A stretch of DNA of 64,000 bases from NCBI RefSeq assembly GCF_001194135.2, contig NC_068982.1:155168460-155232459 (forward strand). The letters are read 5' to 3'. Positions 11,001-23,100 of this stretch are shown one piece after another. This stretch comes from Octopus bimaculoides (taxonomy: Eukaryota). A model generated the notes under the pieces. The model made no database searches, had not been told where the DNA came from, and saw nothing but the letters and a program-made list of their open reading frames with translations. The position numbers and the translations under genes were made by a program. The number at the start of each line of letters is the position of its first letter. The stretch's first letter is position 1.

Positions 11001-14000
11001 ACATTAAAACGATGATGAGGTTGAATTTTATACTGGGTTTGAGATTAAGTAAGATATTGGACTACTGACTATGTGGTCATGTGTTCAAACCTTACTATTG
11101 CAATCACCCCAGATCCAACTCTTTTGACCCCCATTGATAGATTTGATTGAGACAGATCAAAAAATCAACTCACTTAAGTTTTCTATGCTCATGCTAGAGA
11201 TATGAGTCGATAATTGTCCTTTATATATATAATAAATTATAAGACAACTAATAGCATATTTCTGTTTTATTACAGCTTGTTAAAAGTTATTGCTGAACAG
11301 AAAAGACAACTGACAGAAAAGGAACCAGATAAAATGGAGCTATCATCAAATGCAGGTTCTGGTGTAAAATGGTCCAATAAAACCTTCCGTAATGCCAGGT
11401 TAGGAAGTAAAGTTTCTGACAAGAAGGTATTTTAAGTTGATTAATAATAATATGAAGAAGTAAGAAGTGTGTTTTTTTTTAAAGGTTTCATGAGGATCTT
11501 TTCCAGACCTCTGGAAATATGCTGTGCGTGAGAAGACCCGGCAAGCCAAGTGAGACCTAAATCTAAGGCCTCAGCCAGTCCACTTATGCGTACCTTCCTT
11601 CATTGGACACTAAACTCCACTTGCGAAGACCTGTTGAGGCAAGTGAAGTCGAGATCGAGTTAAATTCGACGACTGGCACCCATGCCAACGTCGTCTCCTT
11701 CATTGGACACGAAACTCAGCTTGCAAAGATTTATTGGGGCAAGCGAAATCGTGATGGCACCTGTGCCTAGCGTCGCCTTTCTGGCACTTGTGCCCGCGGC
11801 ATGTGTAAGGACTTTCGAGTGAGATCGTTGCCAGTGCCCCTGGACTGGCTCTTGTACAGGTGGCACATAAAATACACCATTTTGAGTGTGGCCGTTGCCA
11901 GCACCGCGTGATTGGCCTTCGTGCCAGTGGCACGTAAAAGCACCCACTACACTCTCAGAGTGGTTGGCGTTAGGAAGGGCATCCAGCTGTAGAAACTCTG
12001 CCAAATCAGATTGGAGCCTGGTGTAGCCATCGAGTTTCACCAGTCCTCAGTCAAATCGTCCAACCCATGCTAGCATGGAAAGCGGACGTTAAACGACGAT
12101 GATGATGTCCATCATAGATTTTACATCCACTTTTCTTACTACACAGAACCATTTTACTTGTTTTCCATCATTCTTAATACTGTCTTTTCCACTAACACAT
12201 TACATTGATCACTCTCAACTACACATCATCTCAATCTCTCTCTCATCCATCCCCTGTTTGTTGTACCATTATTATTATTCTATTGTTCTTCTCTCCCAGC
12301 CCATACCTTTTTCTGCAGTGTCAGTTATTTCTTACTCCTCTCTAGCTCCCCACATCTCCACCTCATATCCACTACATCCACCATTCAACCTAGATTCAAC
12401 AGCTGTCACCTAGTCTCCCCACTTATCATTCCTTAACGCCTGTTCTTCATTATATTCACCCCTCACCCATTCCCCATCTGTAACCATCTGCTCTCCCATA
12501 TACTCTTGCAAATTCCACCCACTCACTTCTACTCACCTCATATGTTGAAGGTCCACCCTGACACCTTGTCAACACTATTTTATCTCTTTCCAGCTCCACC
12601 CATGTCACTTCCCACCTCTTTTCTATAATATGGGTAGCCTCTATAGCAAGAAACCTGTTTTGTTCTGGCCCCTTCTCTCATACTTTAACCTCTTATCTCC
12701 TAGTATCAAGCCACCTTGTTCAGTCAAAGAGCATCTTAGTCTTGCAAGCTGCATTGTATCTCCTCAGTACTGATGCCACAAGAAAAAAGCACCCAGTACA
12801 CTCTGTAAACTGGTTGGTATTAGGAAGAGCATACAACCATAGAAGCCATTCCAAAGCTGACATTGGAGCACAATGCAATCCTCAGACCCACTGGATCCTG
12901 CCGACCCATGCGAGCATGGAACATGTGCATTAAATGATAACAATCATTTTCTCGACTTGCATGAATCGGATGGAATTCATTGAGGCAGATTTTCCATGAC
13001 TAGATGCCTTACCTGTTGCTCACCTTCACCTGTTTCTAAGCAAGGTAAGATTTCCCGTGACCAGACAAGTTTTCAGTGAAAAACTCAAAACAAACAATAT
13101 CACTTGTATGATGGTGATGCTCATTAAGAACCATCATGTGGCAAATTTTCTGGAAGGTTGGAAGTTTTAAAGGATGCAATGTCTCAGCAACTAACAACTG
13201 ATGCAGGTAGTTTGTTCCATGCTTCAACAACTCTTAGTGTGAAATGCATAAATACAATGGACTGTTTTCAGCAGACAAACCAATGATAATATATTGCTAT
13301 TGTTTTTCCAGGATTGGGTCAAGTATGGACAAGCACTTCCAATAATGAGAATCCGACAAAACAGATGGAAAATATCCTTTCAGTTAACTATTTTCTTTTT
13401 GAGGTTTATTTTGTTAAGGCTATTTGTTATTTAAGTTTTCTAATGAAGCATGTTGGTGCTGCTAAAACACAAAATACTTTTTAGCTTATGACAGTAGTAT
13501 CTGGATACATTAATTTCTCAGTGAAAACACTTCAAATCTTTCATTCAAGTAACTGTAGATTATTTTTATCTCAAAGAGCTTTCTTCCTAGGTCACTATAT
13601 TGGTATTTGGCTGATCAAAAATAGGATTGTAATTGATGTATATTACCTATCTTATTTCCACCTCAACTGGAAGATGAAGCCATGAATATCTCATCTTATA
13701 TTCAAAGCATGCCTAAGACTACATAATCCAATGTGTACTTTTTTTTCTGAAGATAGTAGGATATGATTTGAGAGAAATTTTGCTGTTATTTCTAGCAAGT
13801 TCAGTGACTGCAGAAAGGTTCCCTCGTGTATGTATATTTGATAATAAACTTCAGTTTGTAGCTCTGCACTTGATTATGCAGGGTGATAAGTAAACATTAT
13901 ACAGGAACTTGTGTGCATGCACACACATACACTACAGTTCTGCACAGTTTCTGTCAACCAAATTCACTCACAAGGCAATGAGATTGAACTCAAACCATGT

Positions 14001-15711
14001 GCTTCAGAAGTAAACTTCTTAACCACACTACTATACTTGTGTCTAAAGACAATGTTGACTTTGACATGATCTAAAACTCAAAATGTAAAGAGGTCACATG
14101 ACATTTTCTCCAAATGATTTTGCTAATCAACTGCCCAACTCATGGCAACATGGAAAGCACATGTAAAATGATGATGATGGTTATATGTAAACACACATAT
14201 ATATTAGCGATATGCTGTGCTTGAGAAGACAAGTGAAATCATAGTTGTGGCCAATGCCAGTGTCATGTAACTGACACATAAAAATCACCTATTACACTCT
14301 TGGAGTGGTTGGTGTTTTAGGAAGGGCATCCAGCCATAGAAACCATGTCAAATCATATTAGGACCTGGTGCAGCTCCCCAGCTTACCAGTTTCAGTCAAA
14401 CTGTTTAACCCATGCCAGCATGGAAAGCTGATGCTAAATGATGATGATATATATATGTTTATTATTGTATCCTTCCATAATGATATGATAAATACAGTTG
14501 AAGTTTAACTTGATTTTCTCAGCTTTTAATCCCATCTACATTTCTAAAACTTCAGAAATTGTTCTCATGAAAATATTTTGTTAAACTACAAGTGAAAATG
14601 TTTGATTCATTCCAGAGTTTGCAAGTTCTCATTGATATTGATTTCTTATATATAAGCACCAAAGACTTAAATTTGGGTTGTGTTGAATACTCCTCTCTCT
14701 CTCATCCCAAATGATAGCACTGATAATGTAATATTTGAAAGTATAGTGCATATCTTTATTTCTGGCTATTTGTATGATGTTGCCTTTGTTGATTTTGTTT
14801 TAATGAAAATATTTTTTCTTAACAATTTTTACATCATCACTGTAAATCCTTCAAAATTTTGTCGTAACCACAAGAAATTTGAATGGAATGACAGTTATTT
14901 AAACCAAACCAGACAAAAATTTCCTCAAAGTAAGCAAGCAGCAAAAAATAAAGCAAACAAAAGTCAGATTTCCAAACAATTCAAGGACAGGTTTACACCC
15001 AAAAATTATGACATAAAATCAAGTAATGTTGCCAAAGAATTTACAGCTCCTGGTTCTGTGTCCAAAGACCAGAGCAATTTGATGACAAGTACTGTTTCCA
15101 AAGAACCTACAGTTCCTGATTCAATATCCAAAGACTGTAGCAAATCAGTTTCATATACTAGTTCTAAAGAACTCGTGGTTCCAGATTCTATATCCAAAAA
15201 CTGTCACAAATCAGTATCAATTAGTGTTTCAAAAAAAAATGTGGTCTCTAAGTCCATACCTAAAGATTTAAATTGTACAGAATCAAATATCACTTCTAAA
15301 AAGTTAAAATATAATGATTCCAAAGATGACAACTTGGAATCCAGTTCTGTTTCCAAAGGGAAAAGAGTTATTGATGCCACTACTAAAGCTTCTGGTTATA
15401 CAGAATCAAACAAAATTTCCAAAAAGATCAAATATGATAGTATCAAAACTTCCAGTGCTCATAAAAGTGGACAGTCAGAGCCAAAGAAAGTGAACCCACT
15501 TCAAAAGAGTCAAGATCTATCAGCAAAACCTGTTAAAATTACTACTGAATCAGTTGAAAACAAAACATTAAAAGCAACTTATGTAAATTTCAAAGTACTA
15601 CAGAAATGTATACCTACTAAAAGGTCATGTGGCCTGGTTCTACAAGCAAAACCTAGTCTCTTACTTAAGTATAAAGCAATAAATTCAGTGGAGTTGAAGT
15701 CTCAGAGCTGA
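5088..15711 (+). CDS. NOL8: Nucleolar protein 8-like RRM protein, spliced CDS, 6 coding exons, about 453 aa
   Basis: Exons 5088-5217, 7868-7930, 10242-10320, 11276-11426, 13312-13371, 14833-15711 join in frame. N-terminal RRM (KRLFIGGL...FGKVSEIEI...TFAYINI...LNCTKWRSHEMKIEIAKPSF) is followed by DWVKYGQALP and IITVNPSKFCRNHKK, matching NOL8-family WVVSKFGRVLP and IIKYDPSKYCHNLKK as recalled. Confidence 0.88.
5612..6430 (+). mobile_element. Internally deleted mariner/Tc1 element
   Basis: Inverted termini flanked by TA; transposase HTH remnant (MSRTRVYEWFRHFQDGR) and MRRVSAKFVPKLL. Confidence 0.85.
7868..7930 (+). CDS. NOL8: NOL8 coding exon 2 (GKPIKTFAYININTTDEKLKS)
   Basis: TAG/GTAAGT boundaries, RNP1-like TFAYIN. 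Confidence 0.9.
8098..8520 (+). mobile_element. Two tandem SINE copies (GCAGAATCGTTAGCAC...TTTGCCTTTCATCC...AAATAAGTACCAGTT family)
   Basis: Same family also at 1335-1715 (two copies), 10655-10850 and 50560-50720 (minus). Confidence 0.7.
10242..10320 (+). CDS. NOL8: NOL8 coding exon 3 (CMKALNCTKWRSHEMKIEIAKPSFYH)
   Basis: TAG/GTAAGT boundaries. Confidence 0.9.
11276..11426 (+). CDS. NOL8: NOL8 coding exon 4 (LLKVIAEQKRQ...LGSKVSDKK)
   Basis: CAG acceptor; the phase-0 GTATTT donor at 11427 is needed to join the next exon in frame. Confidence 0.78.
11485..12108 (+). mobile_element. RTE-LINE 3' end including ORF2 C-terminus
   Basis: ...LWKYAVREKTRQAK* followed by the 3' UTR and (GAT)n tail. 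Confidence 0.85.
13312..13371 (+). CDS. NOL8: NOL8 coding exon 5 (DWVKYGQALPIMRIRQNRWK)
   Basis: CAG acceptor; ends at a U12-type ATATCCTTT donor. Confidence 0.86.
13372..14832 (+). other. U12-type AT-AC intron (NOL8)
   Basis: 5' ATATCCTTT, branch point TTCTTAAC at 14816-14823, 3' AC; restores homologue-like frame. Confidence 0.88.
14833..15711 (+). CDS. NOL8: NOL8 large terminal coding exon, Lys/Ser-rich with internal repeats
   Basis: Lies within track ORF 14680-15711; true start follows TTCTTAAC...AC at 14832. TGA stop; AATAAA at 15825. Confidence 0.84.
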   Translation: MITVNPSKFCRNHKKFEWNDSYLNQTRQKFPQSKQAAKNKANKSQISKQFKDRFTPKNYDIKSSNVAKEFTAPGSVSKDQSNLMTSTVSKEPTVPDSISKDCSKSVSYTSSKELVVPDSISKNCHKSVSISVSKKNVVSKSIPKDLNCTESNITSKKLKYNDSKDDNLESSSVSKGKRVIDATTKASGYTESNKISKKIKYDSIKTSSAHKSGQSEPKKVNPLQKSQDLSAKPVKITTESVENKTLKATYVNFKVLQKCIPTKRSCGLVLQAKPSLLLKYKAINSVELKSQS

Positions 15712-16933
15712 AATGTTAGCCAAACTTAATGAGAGAAAAAACAAAATGTAAAACATTGTTAATAACTTGAATGATGATATTAACAATGATAAAACATCTG
15801 ACAACCAATTGTGATCCAAAAGAGAATAAAAGTTCACTAATTTTTCTATTAAAACAGATTCAAAAAAGCTGTCTATTATATTTTTATATATAACTTGTTG
15901 ATTCCCTTCAACAGTTGTTGACTGAAGATCATCACCTGATTCTTTCATCACTATCAAACAGCATTGATACTACCAGGGAATAGCCAGGTACTTTTGGTCC
16001 ACACTATAGCTTGCCTTTTATCTTCCTTCATGACACCAAAGGATTGATTTATTGGGTCATGTTTGCTGAGGTGATATGAAAGGAAAATAAAACATAAACA
16101 ATTACTTTTGATATTTTGTTATACTTCAGACTTAAGCTGTGAAAACTGTTTTCTTCTATCTGTGTTTCTCTTTAATTTGAACTTATTCCTAACTTTAGGA
16201 TTCTGCTTTCTGCAGTGCTAAGTGGATTGTAAAGAGCAAGGTTTCACCTAAACAGGGTGCTTGTCTATCACAGGAAATATCTGGTAACCATTTGGATTGA
16301 GTAAAGAAGACTGAAATGTCTATTGTACTGAAATTCAAAACACATGAAATAACACCCTAATGAGGGAATCTCTACATGGGTCACTTGGCTAGCTATAAAT
16401 AACAACCTAATATCTTGTGAAAGTATACATTAAATAAAATAAAAACATCCATAAGATCAGATGGTCAAGATGACCATTGATCATAAGTCTAATTAATCAA
16501 GGCTGATCTAGAAGTTAATATGAATTGACAATCCCAAAAGTTCCCTTATTGGCTTGTGGGTAGCTCGATTTTTAGAATAGGTACATCATATTGCAAGATG
16601 AAACTAAAAGAATAGGCATTAAGAAGAGTATCTGGTTGTAAAACACTGTCTCGTCCAACCCATGCCAACATGACAATACAGACATAAAAAATCATTTTAA
16701 GTAGGGGTAAGTACATTGCTCTAGTACACAATATAACTGTACACCTGATCCGTAACACAAAAGACGAATTAAGTAACATAAAATGTAGTAGTCACAGAGG
16801 TAACAAACTTGCATATTTTTTTCTTTTATTGGCATTTTACGTAAAAATTTAGATAAATAGAGCAAAACATTTTAAATGATTTTGTTTTTGCTTATATATT
16901 GTTGGTATTTAGCATGGTTTGACCGGGGTATTT

Positions 16934-17111
16934 TTATCGATATTTACAATATAAATATCTCCTGTAAGTTTCCATATCTTTTGCCTTTGGTGGACCAGGG
17001 CCGTGTTTTCCGCAAAGTACGTAAGATGTGTAAATTTGGTCAGACATTTTATTCACGGGAGGTAACTCCACTTGGTAAACACTATCCAGCTTGAAGGCAC
17101 TCATTTCCCAT
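16934..17111 (-). CDS. FIG4: FIG4 terminal exon 23 ([19 protein letters not shown]...[10 protein letters not shown])
   Basis: CAG acceptor, TAA stop, AATAAA downstream at 16830-16825. Confidence 0.93.
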
Positions 17112-20100
17112 CTGAAAATAAACAAATAAGCTAACAATTAATTACACCATGGTTGAATAAAAGCATTTAGAAAGTAGGTACATTGTTATATTCACTTATG
17201 GAAGGTTTTTTTTTTTTTTTTCAATTTATTACGTTTTAAAATCTTTTGTTATCTAAAACTGTTGTAGTACACTCGCACCTAACGATTCTGAAAAGAGAAA
17301 CAGAAATTCGACTATGAAAGGTTACTATATGTGGAGAAAGCATGGGAGAACAAGTTCTTCCCAACATAGAGACCAGCTATCCTAGTTGACAGAAGTATAA
17401 CAGATAGAGCAATTAAAGATATAAAAATACACAAAGCCTCAACTCCATCAGGAATTACTGTAGTTACACATCAGGTAGTACAGGAAGGTGCCATACACAA
17501 TGATTGGTGTGACAGCATTAGAGTCAACTGTTAGAAGAGTAAAGGAGCTGCCATAGACAGAAGTAATTACAGAGGTCTCAAATTGCTGGACCAGGACATA
17601 AAAGTTACAGAAAGTGTTACAGTTCAATTAATTATGTAGACAATTAGTCTAAATAAGATTCAGTTTGGTTTTGTGCCAGAGAGTACTACTGATGCACTCT
17701 ATCCTAGTAAGACAACTGCAGGAGAAGTATTTAGCTAAAAGTAAGTTATTTTACAGGAGAAAACTTTGACAAGGGCTTCGATTCAGTGATCCAGAGGTCT
17801 CTGAGCAAGATAAGACAAGGCAAATGACTTGTGTGAGTCATACAAACCATGTAAAGTGGTGCTGTCAGTAACATGAGGGTTAGTAACAAATTTAGTATGC
17901 AAAGAGTTCACCTGAAATCAGTTTTCAGTCCCCTTCCATTTATCATAGCTCACCATAACACAGAGTAACTTAAAACTACTAGCCCTTGGAAACTACCATA
18001 TTTTGATGACTTCATTCTTATAAAGGAATTTGTAGTAGAATTAGAAAAGAAATTCCATTTGTAGGAGCAAAATCTGGAATCAAAGGGCCTAGCAAAGTTC
18101 TAGTAAGAAAACAGGACTTTACTCCCTTCAGTGAAATGGCCTTATTCGATATTCAGATAAAGTAATAGCAGAAATTCCATATTGGTAAACCTAGTGAAAG
18201 CTATGGACATACAAGAGGCACAGCAGAACCACAAGAAGGTTAACAGAAAAAGCAGACTTTGTGTGATGTGCAGGAATAATAAACATTACAAACAAGAAGA
18301 ATAGATTGAAAGGAGCTTGCAAAAGATACGGAAAAATTGGTCTCAGGATAATCATTCCCAAGAAGGAGATGGCAAATGATTGCAGCAAGTGGAGAGAGAT
18401 GCTGGAGAAGACCTTTCAAACATGGACTAAAGAGTGTAAAATAATGATGATAGTAATAGGAAAAGATAAAAAGATTGTAATTAGAAATAAGGGATACTAC
18501 TTACAATTGATCGGTTATCTTTCTGGTATTTTTGTCTTGAATTGACGGTGGTTTATACCAGCTATCTCCAAACTGGGCATACCTATTTAGAAAAGAAAGG
18601 TCCAAGTAAAGAAAAACCATAAAATTTCAACCAATTTCAGTTTTTGTTTTCTTTGTGTTTGGAAGAACACACATTGCCCATGAATTGTAGACCCTCCAAG
18701 ACTAGTGACCAAGGATTTCAAGGGAAGAAAGGACTGGTAATAATGGTCAGTGTGGGGTCATGGGGATGGAAACACTATGAGTGGAAAGATGAATAGAACA
18801 GAAATACCCAGCGGTAAGGGTATAAAATCAGCCAATTCCAAGAAACAGAGGTCATTATAGTAGCAAAAGAAAAAAAATCAGAAGAGACAGCATGCTAGAG
18901 CATATCTATTAGTGATTGAATTCCAACTGGTCAAGTGACCTTTCTCTGGATGCAGTTTTTTACATACCTTTCATAGATACACAATCCTTGTTTTGAAGGC
19001 TGGTTGATGTTAAAATCATAAACCTGCTTTGTAGTTGGGAAAACATCCTAAAAAGAAAACATCCAAGAAAACTATATTAGAAGATAACACAAGGAGTTTT
19101 AATCCATCACTCACTTTAACAAATTTAGTTACATGGAAAGCATTGAGGTCAAGTCTCCAGTATAAAGATAAGCGATTCCCTTTATCCTGTCTGCAATGGA
19201 AGCCCTAAAGAGAATCTTTCTCTGGCTAAGCTATTAAAATGAAGTCAGAAGTAATTGAAGAAATATCCAACTGAAGACTAAAAGTAAAAATAAAAATACA
19301 AGAAAGAAAAATATATTTTATATTTAATGACATACCAAAGAGATAATTCATAATTATTATTACTGTTGTGATTACTTATATATTTAGTTTACTGCTGTAA
19401 TTATATATACATGTATGTGTGACGGGGCATGATTCTATGGTGAAGAAATTTGTCTCACAACAAGGTTCAGAAACTTTATGCAAACATGGCAAAATAGATG
19501 TTAAAATGATGATAATGATGACAGGATCTTTTCAGTTTCCATCTACCAAATATGGAGACTCAGATTTTGATTTCACTGTATAGCAATCTGAACAAGTGTC
19601 TCCTATCATATCTTCTGATCAACCAAAGTCCTGTGAGAATAATTTCATAGATGGGAACTGCACAGAAGAGCTTATGGGTTACGAATCCAGTCTGATAACA
19701 TCTCCGATCAGCCATAAAGGGTACTGCCTTTTTCCTTCTGATGAAGCTATCTAAAAAAATAATTCACTAGGTGCAGGCATAGCTGTATGGTAAGAAGCTT
19801 GCCTCCCAACCACATGGTTCCAGGTTCAGTCCCACTGCATGACACCTTGGGCAAGTGTCTTCTAATATAGTCTTGAGCCAACCAAAGCCATGTGAGTGGA
19901 TTTGGTAGACAGAAAGTGAAAGAAGCCCGTCATATATATATTTGTGTTTGTGTTTGTCCCCAACCACTGCTTGACAACTGGTGTTGGTGTGTTTATGCCC
20001 CTATAACCTAGCAGTTCAGCAAAAGAAACCAATAGATAAGTACCAGGCTTTAAAAAAAAAAGTAAGTACTGGGGTCTTCAAGGTGGTGCTCCAGCATGGC

Positions 20101-23100
20101 CACAGTCTAATGACTGAAACAAGTAAAAGATAAAGATATCCTGAATCTCCCTACCATACACTCCATTCTTCCAAGAAACAACAGTGTAAAACTTCAGCTG
20201 TTCATCAGAGAAAGAATCAAAGATAAAAAAGCAACAAAGAAGGAAACAGGTATGGTTTACCTTAAAAGAAATCTGTTTGTTTTCTATTGTTGAATTATCA
20301 GAGTTGGAATCATCAGAGAAGTCAACATCACCATCCACTTCATCACTCTCACTACTACTAAGACTGTCTTCACCTCCTCCTCCTCCAACACGACTACCTG
20401 CTTCACTGCCTCCACTGTTACCTCCTCCTCCTCCACTCCCACTCCCAATGAGATTGGAAGCATTTGCAGGTTCACTTTTGTTACTTATTGATGCTTCAAG
20501 ACTGGAAAAAGAATAGAAGAACACAGCATCATCAGTCATCTTTATTATTTTGAAACATATATTACATTTTAAGTCAAATAAAACCAAAATCATAGCATTG
20601 GCCAGTCCCCCCCCCCTCGACTGGCTCTCGTTCCGGTGGTACGTAAAATGCATCATCTGAACATGATCAATGCCAGTGCCCTCTGACTGGCTCCCATGCC
20701 AGTGGCACATAAAAGGAACCATCCAAACGTGATCGATGCCAGGCCGCCTGACTGGCTCCTGTGCCGGTGGCACGTAAAAGGCACCCACTACACCCTCGGA
20801 GTGGTCAGCATTAGGAAGGACATCCAGCTGTAGAAATATAGCCAGATCAGATTGGAGCCTGGTGCAGTCACTGGCTTCCCAGACCTCAGTCAAACCGCCC
20901 AACCCATGCCAGCATGTAAAACAGATGTTAAATGATGACGATGATGATGATATATTACATTTTTAAAAATAGTTTTAATCAGGTTGATGATAAACATTCT
21001 TCTTCTTCTCTCCCTTTCTGTCTCTTTCAGAGAGGGATGGGTCCTATCAAATTTAGATGCCTAAGATATGTTATATGTTACGACCCCATCAGGACTTAAT
21101 GACTCAAGTCAAGGCAGGAAGTCATTGTCATCATCACCACCATTATCATAATGATCATGATTATCATCAGCACAAGCGCTGACATCGCATATGCTTAAGA
21201 TATTTGCTTTACAGTCATGTATTTCTAAGTTTGATCCCACTATGCAGCATCTTGGGTCTTCTGCCATAGACTCAGATCAACCCAAGCCTTTCCAACACAA
21301 TTGCATGAATAGAGTGTGCAAAAGACCATCAGAGGAACTGTACCTAGTACATGTGGTAGACTTAGTACGTTGTCCAATTTAATACCACCACCTGATCTTT
21401 GTGTGCCCTTTGGTCCACTCTGTCAGAAACATTCATACCAGATATCCAGTGTCAGGATTACTCAATCTTTGTATGATTTCCTTCTTAAACAAATTGCCCC
21501 TTTTAATCTCAGAGACCCTGCAAAAGGGTCACTTCTTCAGTAAATCATAAAATATTGGTCATCAAAGTAATGATAATCATGTTATATTAATAGTGCACAT
21601 CTGCTGTTCTATCTATTAAGCTTCCTACATAAAAAAAAACAATAAATTCCTTACCTCTGGTCATCAATTGGTCGCTCTGGGTTGACACGAATGGAAAATG
21701 GGCTGTAATCTGTGGCATGTTTAGGCATCACATTCCTTGAGTAAATGAAATACAAGAGATTGAAGCAACCACATAGACAATTAGACATCAGGAAGTTAAA
21801 TCATTATATAATCATTAAACACACAGCGAGATCGTTGCCAGTGCTGCTGGACTGGCTCCTGTGCAGGTGGCACATAAAATACACCATTTTGAGCGTGGCT
21901 GTTGCCAGTACTGCCTGACTGGCCTTCGTGCCGGTGGCACGTAAAAGCACCCACTACACTCTCGGAGTGGTTGGCGTTAGGAAGGGCATCCAGCTGTAGA
22001 AACTCTGCCAAATCAGATTGGAGCCTGGTGTAGCCATCTGGTTCACCAGTCCTCAGTCAAATCGTCCAACCCATGCTAGCAAGGAAAGCAGACGTTAAAC
22101 AATGATGATGATGATGATGACACACATATGGACTACAGTGGAATTCAAATTTGATAAAGCTGTAAATAATAGTATGTAAATATTTGTTTTTTTAAGTTTC
22201 TAAATTCTTATGAAACAATAATATCTGTAATAATATTCATTTAGGTAAACTCATGTTTACAAACTAGATTTCAAAAAGTACTAACTATAAGAACAAGAGT
22301 TTATAGTTTTGGGGTTATGTTTTTTTTTAATTTAAAGCTGAAACTTCATAAGTTACAACTGCTAGTTTAATGTTGGTAATCCTCAAAGAATTAGGAACCA
22401 GAAACTAGTACTTGTAATTTATGAAGTTTTAGCTTAAAAACAAAAGTTATATATATTATTTTCACAATCTTGTAATGGTGAAAAGCAGAGTCAGCCTGGG
22501 TGCAAAATGACAGAAACAAATACAAGATAGGTTAGTGGTGATGTTTTGAGGGGAAGGGGCAGTGATGGTTACATAGTATTTAAGGTGGCGATGGTGGTGG
22601 GAGTGGTGCCATTCATCAAAGAGATCATGATGAAAAGATGCTGATATACTTTGAAGCTCTAACAAAACAACCATTAATGGATAAAGTAGTCCTAGAAACA
22701 CTATGTCTCTGAATAAAAGACAGGATAAATGGTAATGTTTGGGAATGTCTTTGAGGAACACGGGTCTGCTAGATCTAAATAAACAAGTTTGTGAAGTGGG
22801 AAAGGGATTAAACAACAACAAGGAAAAATATATTGGATGATGTCTGAATAAAAGATGGAAGGTCAAGGCTGGGAACATCTTTGATCATAAGTCTGCTAGA
22901 TAGAGTGGATTTGGAGTAAAACAACATCAAGAACACAACGATGAAACACTGCAAAGTTCATCCACCTACCTTACCCTACGAAATTGTTCCTTACCTTATG
23001 GAATGGGTGAGTGTAAAAGCAAATAGCTCTTCCAATGATGTCAATTCATAAGGATGATAATGTTCTGCAAATTCATCCACACACTCATCTGTTCTTCTGT

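Noticed and set aside
11399-11404. GTTAGG donor at 11399 for NOL8 exon 4
   Set aside because: It gives phase 2 and an immediate stop in exon 5; the donor at 11427 keeps the homologue-like frame.
11660-12040. Recurring ORFs starting [35 protein letters not shown] (also near 1026, 21796, 25266, 35833, 53611, 56611)
   Set aside because: They are the antisense reading of the LINE 3' UTR repeat; lengths and frames vary between copies, so this is not a gene family.
14680-14832. 5' extension of the 343-aa ORF (MLNTPLS...NNFY)
   Set aside because: It is intronic; it contains the U12 branch point and the AC acceptor.
15685-15957. Minus-strand 90-aa ORF (MIVMKESGDD...)
   Set aside because: No recognised homology or splice context; best explained as the antisense shadow of the coding-like tail after NOL8.
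19570-19755. Stretch open on both strands in FIG4 intron 20 with an acceptor-like site
   Set aside because: The phase-0 frame stops after 23 codons, the nearby donor gives an incompatible phase, and neither peptide is recognisable.
20078-20902. 274-aa minus-strand ORF
   Set aside because: Chance fusion of repeat sequence, intron and the real FIG4 exon 20 (20501-20261).
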